From: Mobula hypostoma
Lineage: Eukaryota
Assembly (NCBI RefSeq): GCF_963921235.1
Contig: NC_086108.1
Span: forward strand, 2,232,001-2,296,000
Direction: 5' to 3'
Length of the DNA: 64,000 nucleotides
The position numbers and the translations under genes are program-made. Below, in pieces: positions 26,101 through 38,100 of this stretch. How positions within the stretch are numbered: the stretch's first letter is position 1; every line of letters starts with the position of its first letter. The notes under the pieces were generated by a model. It had not been told where the DNA came from and did no database searches. It worked only from the letters and a program-made list of their open reading frames with translations.

Positions 26101-29100
26101 TTCATATGACAAGCCATTCTCGTGAACCTCCTCTGAACCCTTTTCAATGTCAGCACATCCTCTCTAACGGACCCAAAATTGCTCACAATACTCCAAATGA
26201 GGCCTCACCAGTGATTTATAAAGTCTCAACATTACATCCTTGCTTTTCTATTCTAGTCCTCTTGAAATGAACGTTAACATTGCATTTGCCTTCCTCACCA
26301 CCGACTCAACCTGCAAATTAACCTTTAGGGAATCCTGCACAAGATTTTTCAAGTCTCTTTGCACCTCAGATTTTTGAATGTTCTCTTCATTTAGAAAATA
26401 GTCTACACTTTTATTTCTTTTACCAAAGTGCATGACCATATACTTCCCAACACGGTATTCCATCTGCCACTTCTTTGCCTATTCTCCTAATCAGTTTAAG
26501 TCTTACTGCCGCCTCCCTGTTTCCTCAACACTACCTGTCCCTCCACCTACCTTTATATAATCTGGCAAACTTGGCCACAAAGCCATCAGTTCCATCATCC
26601 AAATCATTGACATGAAACATAGAAAGAATTAGTCCCAACAACAGACCCATGTGGAACATCACTCGTCACCGGCAGCCAACTAGAAAAGGCTCCCTTCATT
26701 CCCAATCTTTGCTTTCTGCCAATCAGCCAATGCTCTATCCATGCTCTTTCCTGTAATACCACGGGCTCTTATCTTGTTAAGCAGTCTTATGTATGTCACC
26801 TTGTCAAAGGCCTTCTGAAAATCCAAATACACATCCACTGATTTTCCTTTGTCTATCCTGCTTGTTATTTCTTCAAAGAATTCCAACAGATTGCTCAGCA
26901 AGATTTTCCCTTAAGAAAACCATGCTGACTGCGGCCTATTTTATCATGTGCCTCCAAGTACTCCAAAAGCACATCCTTAACAATCAACTCCAATTCTTCA
27001 TTCTTGAGGAGTGGAATGACATTTGCAAATTTCCATACTTCCAGAAGCATGCCAGAATCTATTGATTCTTGATCATTACTAATGCCTCCAAAAATCTCTT
27101 CAGCCACTTCTTTCGGAACCCTGGGGTGTGCACCATCTTGTCCAGATGACTTATCTACCATCAGACCTTTCAGTTTCCCTAGCACCTTCTTCTCATTAAT
27201 GGCAACCTCACTCTCTTCTGTGTGCTTACACTCTTGAACTTCTGGCATACTGCTAGTGTTTTCCACAGTGAAGACTGATGCAAAATATCTACTCAGTTCA
27301 TCCACCATTTCCTTGTCCCCTATTACTACCTCTGCAGCAGCGTTTTCCAGTGGTCCGATATCTACTCTCCCCTCTCTTTTACTCTTTATGTATCTGAAGA
27401 AACTTATGGTATCCTCTTTAATATTATTGGCTAGCTTACCTTTATATTCCATCTTTTCACTCTTTATGCCTTTTGTTGGTTTTTAAAAGCTTCCCAATCC
27501 TCTAACTTCCTACTAATTTTTACTCCATTATATGCACTTTATTTGGCTTTGACTTCCCTCGTCCACCCCAGTTGCATTATCTTGTCTTATCTAATTTTGC
27601 CCTATCGTCAGCCTGACCTTGCTAGCAGTCTCACTACACGCTGCCTCTATAAACCAAATGCATGTGTTGCTCTGGATTTCCAGCATCTGCAGAATCTCTT
27701 GTGTAATTGATGCCGTAATTGTTTTGCCATTATGTAATCAAAATGATTTTCCCCCAGCTGAATGTGATATTAATAACTCGTGCTGTTTTAAAGATGCGCT
27801 GAAAATGAACTAGGCACTCCCAAGTATGAATCACCACAGAGTCCCTTACGATTGCCCCTCTAAAGGGACAGAGGGTGCTGTCAAATCCTGCACAATGGTC
27901 CTTTTGGACTATCATGGGTGGAAGGTGGGGAGGGGGACAGTGGAATTTAGATCACAGGGTCCTGTTACTCAGCACCGGATAGTCCAGGGGCATCTTGGAG
28001 AGGAAACAAAAAACTACTCGGCAGGTCAGGCAGCGTCTGTACAAGGTAGCATGCCGTCAGCATGTCTGGTCAGTGGCCTTCCAGCAGAACAGGAAAAGTG
28101 AGACAACGCATTAGTTTTAATTTGCAGAAAGGGTGGGGGTAGGAAGGTTAGGACAAAGGGAATGGCTCTGATAGGGTGTGGACAGGGTTGCCATGACGAC
28201 GTGTTGTCTATGAAGCCATCTGATTGGCAGATTAATGAGGACCACTGAGGGTATCCTGTGTTTGCCAGTTGAGAAACAGACTGCTGCAATAATGGTAATA
28301 ACTCATAAACACAAGAGATTCTGCAGGTGCTGGAGACCTTGAGTAACAGGCACAAAATGCTGGAGGAACTCAGCAGGTCGGGCAGCATCTATGGAGAAGA
28401 GTCAACATTTCGAGCCAAGGCCCTTCCTGAAGACCCAGCTAGCCTCTTGCCCCACTCCCCCACCTTTTTATTTTGGCACCTTCCCACTCCCTTCTCAGTC
28501 CCGAAGAAGGGTCTTGGCCCAAAACATCCACTGTTTATTCATCCCCAACGTTAGGATTGATGCCCATATTGCCACTGAATGTGTTCTTGCTGTTTGCCAA
28601 GAGTTTCTGTCCTTTGGTCTTTTTATCTCAAGCTCTTTGTCTTTTTGTCCAATTATATAGGTTGCCTTTTTACCCACCATTCTTCTCACCCTCGCCATGA
28701 CATTCACAAATTTCTTCAGACGAATCGTAGAGAGAGTATTCTGGCTGTCTGCATCAGCAGTCTGGTATGGTGGTGGGGGGAGCTACTGCACAAAATTGAA
28801 TCAAGCTGCAGGGAGTTGTAAATTCAGTCAGCTCCATCATGGGCACTAGCCTCCCCAACATCTTCAAGGAGCAATACCTCAAAAAGGCGGCGTCCATCAT
28901 TAAGACAAGAAAGTCTGCAGATGCTGGAAATTGAAAGCAGCACCATCCTGAAGAAGGGTCTCAGCCCAAAACATCGACTGTTTACTCTTTTCCATAGATG
29001 CTGCCTGACCTGCAGAGATTCCCCAGCATTTTGTGTGTGTTGCTCAAGATTTTCGGCATCTGCAGGAATTTACTGTGTTTGTGATTTAACTTAATCTCGA

Positions 29101-32100
29101 TCCAGTAACTTAATCTGTTGGGCACTACGCCCTGCCCTGCAGTGACAACTACCAGTCTCTTAAACTCAGCATCCCCTGGGGTTACATTCCTGACACCAAA
29201 CAGGAACAATGCCAGCTAAATCTAGTTCTTATTGGGCAGCTGAGATATTAAAAACAAGTTTAGTTAGGTTCCTGCTGTGACATTTGGTTACCAAGCGAGC
29301 CACATGGTAGTGCAATGCTCTCAGTGCCAGCGACCCGGTTCAGCTTCCACCGTTGTCTGTGAGGTGTTTGTGCGTTCTCCCCACAGATGGTCAGGCATCC
29401 TATGTTAGCACAGGAAACATGCCAGCACTTGTGGACTGTTCACAGCTCAATCTTCACTGACTCGATTTGATGCAAAGTGATGCATTTTACTTTATGTTTC
29501 AATGTACACACTTTTAAATTGGATGTCACAAGCTCATTTGGCCAGAAGGGTCTGTTACCATGAGATGGTAGGACGACAATCAGAATCAGGTTTAATATGT
29601 CCTGAAATTTGTTGTCTGTGTGGCAGCAGTACAATACAATACATAATAACAGAGAACCAACTGTGTACGTCTGTATGTATATATATTAAATTGTTAAATT
29701 AAATAAGCAGTGCAAATAAGAAAGCAGTGAGGTAGTGTTCATGGGTTCAATGCTCATTCAGAAATCGAATGGCAGAGGGGAGGAAGCTGTTCCTGAATAG
29801 CTGAATGTGTGTCTTCAGACTCCTGTACCTCCTTCCCGATGGTAGCAATGAGAACAAGACATGGCCTGGGTGATTGCTGTTTAAGAGATATCCTGGATAC
29901 TACAGAGGCTGGTGCCTGTGATGGAGCTAAGCTTACAACTCCCTGCAGCTTATTCTGATCCTGTGCAGTAGACCCTCACCATACTGGGCAGTGACGCAGT
30001 CAGAATGCTCTCCACATGTGTCAATCTCCTCAAACTCCAGATGGAATATAATCACTGCTATTCCTTCTTTGTAACTGCATCAATATGTTGGGTCTCAGAG
30101 ATATTGAAACCCAGGAACTTGAAATTGCTCACTATTTCACCTTCTGATCCCTCTATGAGGACTGGTGTGTGTGTTTCCTTGTCCTAGATATAGGAGCCGA
30201 TTTAGGCCACTGGGCCCATTCCATTCTGGCTGATATATTCTCTTGCCCCTCTCCCCATAACATTTGATGCACTACTAGTGAAGAATCTATCACCCAGTGA
30301 CTCGCCCTCCACACCCATCTGTGGCAATGAATTCCACAGATTAACCACTCTATCGTGTACCACTCAATTAAATTTACAAAATAATGTGGTGAGACTGATG
30401 GAGACCTGCTCCATTGTGCCACATAGTGGTTGAAGCCTGCAACAACACCATGACGGTTGACAGAGGAAATTGCACGAGAAAGGTTGACTCTCAAATTAAA
30501 CTGGCAAACATGGACAGTAAAATGTGACCAAAAACTCAAGAGGTAAGTAAAGTTTCTGTATGGAGCCTCTGCGTAACGTCAGGGGTATTTTAATGTCTCT
30601 GGGCCAGAGGGGACATCTCAGTGAAACCTACCGGATATTGAAGGCCTGGATAGAGTGGATGTGGAGAGGATGTTCCCAGTCATGGGGAAGTCTAGGACCA
30701 GAGGGAACAATCCCAGCGTACAAGGACCTATACTGAGATGAGGAGGAATTTCTTCAGCCAAAGGGTGATGAATCTATGTAATTCTTTGCCAAGGAGGACA
30801 GTGGAGGCCAAGGTATTGGGTGTTTTTCCTCTCACTTTAAAAGTAAAGGTGCTTCAAATTTGCAGAGACTGCTAGGTTCTTGAATGGTAAGGGGGTTAAG
30901 AAAAGAGAAATTAGCCTCTATTGAGTGGTGGAGCAGACTCGATGGGCCAAATGGCCAGTTCTGCTCCTACATCTATGGTCCTATGCTTTTGCCAGCTTTA
31001 AAAGTATTCTGACTATGCATCGATTTGATCAACTCTGATCAAATTTTACAACTAATCAGGAGTTAATGACATTGGAGGCCATTCGGCCCATTGATCCCAG
31101 GCCTTTTAAAAATAAATTTTGCTAGGACAGATCTGTAACACGTGAGGAGTGTTTTTGAAGGCTCTGGGGCTGTACGCACTGGAGTTTAGAAGAACGAGGT
31201 GGGGGAGGGGATTCATTGAAACCTATCAAAATATTGAAAGGCCTAGATAGACTGGATGTGGAGAGGCTGTTTCCTATGGTGGGAGAGTCCAGAACCAGGG
31301 GGCACAGCCACAGGAAACAAGGACATCCCTTTAGGACAGAGATGAGGAGGAATTTCTTTAATTAGTCAGGTCATCAAAAGTTATGGGGAGAAGGTAGGAG
31401 AATGGGGTTAAGAGGAATAACAAATCAGCCATGATAGATTGGCCGAGCAGACCAAGTGGCTAATTCTGCTTCTATGTCGTATGCTCTCACGGCGTTGAGC
31501 AGCAGGCAGCAGAGGTAAGTGCAGGAAGGGAGGACACTGTCCATGCACCACCACAAACCTGACGGGAAGCCTCTCTCACAACGCACCATCGATTCCCACC
31601 TTCCTACACCAGGTTCGCGTGATGAGGAAGTCGAGGATCCAGTTGCAGAGGGAGGTAGAGAGATCTTGGAGCTTGTTGATTCATTCTGAGAGTATGACTG
31701 TGTTGAAATCAATCAACAGCAGCCTGATGTGGGTGTTGCTGTTGTCCAGTGATCTCAGGCGGAGTGGAGAGCTAATGAGATCGTGTCCGCTGTAGACCTG
31801 TTGTTGTGACAGGCAAATTGCAGTGAGACAGGGGTCGATTCTGGCCGTGACCAACCTCTCAAAGCACTTCTTCACAGTAGATGTGAGTGCTACTGGGCGA
31901 TAGTCGTTGAGGCAGCTCACCCAGTTCTACCTGGGCACTGGTATGATTGTCACCCTTTGGAAGCAGGAGAGAACGTCTGACTGCAGCAGTGAGAGACTGA
32001 ACATGGCCCGGAACACTCCTGCCAGTTGGTCGGCACTGGTTTTCAGTGCCCCACTGGGTACACCATTAGGGCCTGACGCCTTGCAAGAGTTCACCCTCTT

Positions 32101-35100
32101 GAAAGGTGCTCTGACGTCAGCCTCCGAGACTGAGATCACAGGGTCACCTGATGGCGCAGGGATTCGCATAGCTGTAGTTTTATTCTCCCTTTCGAAGTGT
32201 GTGTGAAAGGCGTTGCGCTCACCCGCGAGTGGGGCATCACTGCCATTCATGATGTTCAGACCTGCCAGAGCCGATGTGCATCCTATTCTGTCTCTCACCT
32301 CAACGGGACTTGTTTACTTGCTCTTAAAACAATGCCAGCTGTTTGCCCGGAGGGGGGTTGTGTGAAGGGGTGTTGCTGACAGGGCATGGACACCCCTGAA
32401 CCCTATAGAACATAGAACGTAGAATAGTACAGGCCCTTTGGCCCACATTGTTGTGCTGACCCTCAAATCCTGCCTCCCATAAATTCCTCCATGTACCTGT
32501 CGAGTAGTCTCTTAAACTTCACTAGTGTATCTGCCTCCACCACTGACTCAGGCAGTGCATTCCACACACCAACCACTCTCTGAGTAAAAAACCTTCCTCT
32601 AATATCCCCCTTGAACTTCCCACCCCTTACCTTAAAGCCATGTCCTCTTGTATTGAGCAGTGGTGCCCTGGGGAAGAGGAGCTGGCTGTCCACTCTATCT
32701 ATTCCTCTTAATATCTTGTATGTATACCTCGATCATGTCTCCTCTCATCCTCCTTCTCTCCAAAGAGTAAAGCCCTAGCTCCCTTAATCTCTGATCATAA
32801 TGCATACTTTCTAAACCAGGCAGCATCCTGGTAAATCTCCTCTGTACCCTTTCCAATACTTCCACATCCTTCCTATAGTGAGGTGACCAGAACTGGACAC
32901 AGTACTCCAAGTGTGGCCTAACCACAGTTTTATAGAGTTGCATCATTACATCGCAACTCTTAAACTCAATCCCTCGACTTATGAAACCTAACACCCCATA
33001 AGCTTTCTTCACTACCCTATCCACCTGTGAGGCAACTTTCAGGAATCTGTGGACATGTACCCCCAGATCCCTCTGCTCCTCCACACTACCAAGTATCCTG
33101 CCATTTACTTTGTACTCCGCCTTGGAGTTTGTCCTTCCAAAGTGTTCCACCTCACACTTCTCCGGGTTGAACTCCATCTGCCACTTCTCAGCCCACTTCT
33201 GCATCCTATCAATGTCTCTCCGCAATATTTGACAATCCTCTACACTATCTACAACACCACCAACTTTTGTGTCATCTGCAAACTTGCCAACCCACCCTTC
33301 TACCCCAACATCCAGGTCATTAATAAAAATAACGAAAAGTAGAGGTCCCAGAACAGATCCTTGTGGGACACCACTAGTCACAACCCTCCAATCCGAATGT
33401 ACTCCCTCCACCACCACCCTCTGCCTTCTGCAGGCAAGCCAATTCTGAATCCACCTGGCCAAACTTCCCTGGATCCCATGCCTTCTAACTTTCTGAATAA
33501 GCCTACCGTGTGGAACCTTGTCAAATGCCTTACTAAAATCCATGTAGATCACATCCACTGCACTACCCTCATCTATATACCTGGTCACCTCCTCAAAGAA
33601 CTCTATCAGGCTTGTTAGACACGATCTGCCCTTCACAAAGCCACACTGACTGTCCCTGATCAGACCATGATTCTCTAAATGCCCAGAGATCCTATCTCTA
33701 AGAATCTTTTCCAACAGCTTTCCCACCACAGAGTATAAGCACAGTAAGGAGCTAAATGTATTTTCTTAACATTTATATTAACATGAAGCAGATAGTTTCT
33801 CGAAACACGCCCAGTCAGGGGGAGCGCCACTTAAGTGGAAGGTGATGTTGTGTGAGTAGATCTAAATCCAAGTGAGAGCCGACACCATTGGCGGAAGGGG
33901 AAGCGGGGAAATGGGGAAACGAGGGGGGGAACAGGCAAACAAGGGGCAAGGAGACCTCCACTCACCACCACTTTCTTCTGCGTCACAACGACAACTGAGT
34001 CCTTCCCTCTGATGGCCACTGTGGTGAGACCACTCTGGTTGATGGCTTTGAAGGCATATTCTGAAAAGCACAGAAAGGAACGTGAGGTGCCCCCGGTGTG
34101 GACTCACTTGCCAGAGTCAGTACGCTTTGGATTGCAGATTTTTGGGTAAGTCCGCGGGGCAGTGCTGGGAATATGTGGTACCACTGGTGATGGTGCACTT
34201 TTGGATGAGATATTACTGAGTCCCTGTTCTCTGTCTCACATTAACACCAATGGTTCTTTGGTTCTAGTGATAAAAAAGCAGCAAGTGGCCTCGGGGCAGT
34301 ACATAACCCTTCAATCAAAGTCAAAGGACACTGCCAATGCTGTTAATCCAGAGCACACACATCGAACGCCGGTCAGGAGGCATCTGTGGAGGGAAATAAG
34401 CAGTTGACATTTCGGGCTGAGACCCTTCAACAGGACAGGACGGGAGAGAAGGGAGAAGAAGCCAGAATAGGGAAGTGGGGGAGGGGAAGGAGAACAAGCT
34501 GGCAGGTGATAGGTGAGGAACAAGTTGGGTGAGGGGAATGAAGTGAGAAGCTGGGAGGTGATAGGTGAGGGACAAGTTGGGTGAGGGGAATGAAGTGAGA
34601 AGCTGGGAGGTGATAGGTGAGGGACAAGTTGGGTGAGGGGAATGAAGTGAGAAGCTGGGAGGTGATAGGTGAGGGACAGGTTGGGTGAGGGGAATGAAGT
34701 GAGAAGCTGGGAGGTGATAGGTGAGGGACAAGTTGGGTGAGGGGAATGAAGTGAGAAGCTGGGAGGTGATAGGTGAGGGACAAGTTGTGTGAGGGGAATG
34801 AAGTGAGAAGCTGGGAGGTGATAGGTGAGGGACAGGTTGGGTGAGGGGAATGAAGTGAGAAGCTGGGAGGTGATAGGTGAGGGACAAGTTGGGTGAGGGG
34901 AATGAAGTGAGAAGCTGGGAGGTGATAGGTGAGGGAAAAGTTGGGTGAGGGGAATGAAGTGAGAAGCTGGGAGGTGATAGGCGAGGGACAAGTTGGGTGA
35001 GGGGAATGAAGTGAGAAGCTGGGAGGTGATAGGCGAGGGACAAGTTGGGTGAGGGGAATGAAGTGAGAAGCTGGGAGGTGATAGGCGGGGGACAAGTTGG

Positions 35101-38100
35101 GTGAGGGGAATGAAGTGAGAAGCTGGGAGGTGATAGGCGAGGGACAAGTTGGGTGAGGGGAATGAAGTGAGAAGCTGGGAGGTGATAGGTGGGGGACTGA
35201 GAAGCTGGGAGGTGATAGGTGAGGGAAAAGTTGGGTGAGGGGAATGAAGTGAGAAGCTGGGAGGTGATAGGTGGACGAGGTAAAGGGCTGAAGAAGTAGG
35301 TATCGTATAGGTTAGAACAGAGGACCATGGGAGAAGAAAGCTAATATGCTGAACCTGCATATTAGCCTTTGAGAATCATATATCATGGCAGATCTCTCAA
35401 TGTTTAGGGGATTTTTTTTTAATAACCTTCAGCAGAGGAAGCAGGAGATTGGGGCTGAGAGTGAAATGGATCAGCCATGATGAAATGGTGGAGCAGACTT
35501 GATGGGCCAAATGGCCTAATTCTGCTCCTGTCTTACCTTACGGTCTTAAACCCAATCGTACATGTTTTCTTCTGCCCAATGGGCAAGAACAGAAGAGAGT
35601 TTATGTGGTAGCTGGGGTCTTTGCTAATGCTGGCTGCTTTCTTGAGGTAGCAATAAGGTACAGAGAGTCCATGGAGGGGAAATTGGTTTCTGCGATGTGC
35701 TGAGCTGTGTCCACAACTCTCTGCAGTTTCTTAAACACAAGAGATTCTGCAGATGCTGGAAATCCAGAGTAACACTCATAAAATGCTAGAGGAACTCCAC
35801 AGGTTAGGTAGCTTCTATGGAGGGGAATATAATATAAAGGCATCCGTTAGTCTTGCGAGACCATGGATCTGCGCCTGGAAAGTCTTCACTCTCCAGGGCG
35901 CAGGCCTGGGCAACGAGGGGATAAATGGTTGACCATTTGGCCAATTCTGCAGTTTCTTGCAGTCTTGGGCAGATGAATCTGAGGGGGCCAATACCCTGAT
36001 GGGGAGGTTTGCTAATGCTATTGGGGAGGGTTTAAGCTAGATTTGCAGGGGGGGTGGGAACCGAAGTGAAGAGGTAGAGGATGGGGTGGTTGGCGGACAA
36101 GTAGAGACAGCATAGGGAGTTTGCAAAGAAGGATAAGCAGATGTTAGAGCAAAAATAGACTCAGCTATATGGTTTGAGATGTGTCTATTTTAAGGGAAGG
36201 GTGAATTTAGAGCGTGGATCAATATGTGGAACTATGACGTTGTGGCCATTACAGAGACTTGGGTGTCTCAGGGGCAGGAATGGCTGCTGAGTGTGCCGGG
36301 CTTTAGATGTTTCAAAAAGGACAGGGGGGGAGTCAAAAGAGGTCGGGGTGTAGCACTGCTAATCAGGGATAGTATCATGGCTACAGAAAAGGAGGAAGTC
36401 ATGGAGGGATTATCTACCCAGTCACTGTGGGTGGAAGTCAGAAACAGGAAGGAGGCAATAACAACTGGGTGTTTTTTATAAACCTCCCCAATACTAACAG
36501 AGATATCAAGGAGCAAATAGGGAGGCAGATTCTGGAACAGTACAATAATAATAAGGTTGTTGTGATGGGAGATGCTAAATTTCCTAATATTGACTGGCAC
36601 CTCCTTACAGCAAGGAATTTAGATGGGATGGAGTTTGTTAGGTGTGTTCAGGAAGGTTTCCTGACACAATATGTAGATAAGCCAACTAGAAGAGAGACTG
36701 TACTTGATCTGGTACTGGGAAATGAACCTGGTCAGGTGTCAGATCTCTCAGTGGGAGAGCATTTTGGAGGTAGTGATCATAACTTTATCTCCTTCACCAT
36801 AGTGCTGGAGACAGATAGGAGCAGACAATTTGGGAAAACATTTAATTGGAGAAGGGGGAAATATGATGCTAATAGACAAGAACTTGGGAACATAAATTGG
36901 GAGCAGATGGTCTCAGGAAAATGCACGGCAGAAATGTGGCAAGTGTTCAGGGACCATTTGCATGGTGTTCTGCATAGGTGTGTTCCACTGAGTCAGGGAA
37001 AGGATGGTAGGGTAAAAGAACCATGGTGTACAAACGTTTGTACAAAGGTTGTGGAAATCTAGTTAAGAAGAAAAGGAAACTAGGTACTGATAGGATTCTA
37101 GAAAATTACAAAGTTGCCAGGAGGGAGTTTAAGAATGAAATTAGGAGAGCTAGAAAGGGCCATGAGAAGGCCTTGGCGGACAGGATTAAGGAAAACCCCA
37201 AGGCATTCTACAAGTATATGAAGAGCAAGAGGATGAGCCGAGTGAGAATAGGACCAATCAGGTGTGATAGTGGAAACGTGTGCATGTAGTCAAAGGAGGT
37301 AGTGGAGGTACGTTGCTTCAGTATTCACCAGGGAAAAGGACCTTGGCAGTTGTGGGGATGACTTACAGCGGACTGAAACGCTTGAGCATATAGACATTAA
37401 GAAAGAGGATGTGCTGAAGGTTTTGAATGGTACTAAGTTAGATACGACACCAGATCCAGACAAGGTGTGCCCCCGGCTACTGTGGGAAGTGAGAGAGGAG
37501 ATTGCTGAGCCTCTGGCAATGATCTTTCCATCATCAATAGGGACGGGAGAAGTACTGGGGGATTGGAGGGTTGCAAACATTGTTCCCTTGTTCAAGAAAG
37601 GGAGTAGTGGTAACCCAGGAAATTAATAGACCAGTGAATCTTACTTCAGTGGTTGGCAAGTTGTTGGAGAAGATCCTGAGAGGCAGGATTTTGGGGATGT
37701 GTTCTGGGACCCCTCCTCTTTGTGATTTTTATAAATGACCTGGACGAGGAAGTAGAAGGGTGGGTTAGTAAGTTTTCTGATGAGATAAATGTTGATCAAT
37801 ACAATGCAGAACTGGACTGAGAAGTGGCAGATGGAGTTCAACCCAGATTTGTGTGAAGTGGTTCATTGTGGTAGGGCAAATTTGAAGACAGAATATAGTA
37901 TTAATGGTATGACTCTTGGCAGTGTGGAGGATCAGAGGGATCTTGGGGTCTGTGTACATAGGACACTCAAAGCTGCTGCATGTGTTGACAGCGTTGCTAA
38001 GAAGGCATATGGTGTGTTGACCTTCATCAACCACGGGATTGAGGTCAAGAGCCATGAGGTAATGTTACAGCTGTATAGGACCCTGGTCAGACCCCACTTG

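Noticed and set aside
33810..33832. CTCF-like motif CAGTCAGGGGGAGCGCC (also a YY1-like AAGATGGCTGC near 8231)
   Set aside because: Several mismatches; short motifs are expected by chance in 64 kb
34311..35360. Long Pro/Ser/His-rich ORFs (also 40091-40537 and 62632-63942)
   Set aside because: Translations of stop-free minisatellites
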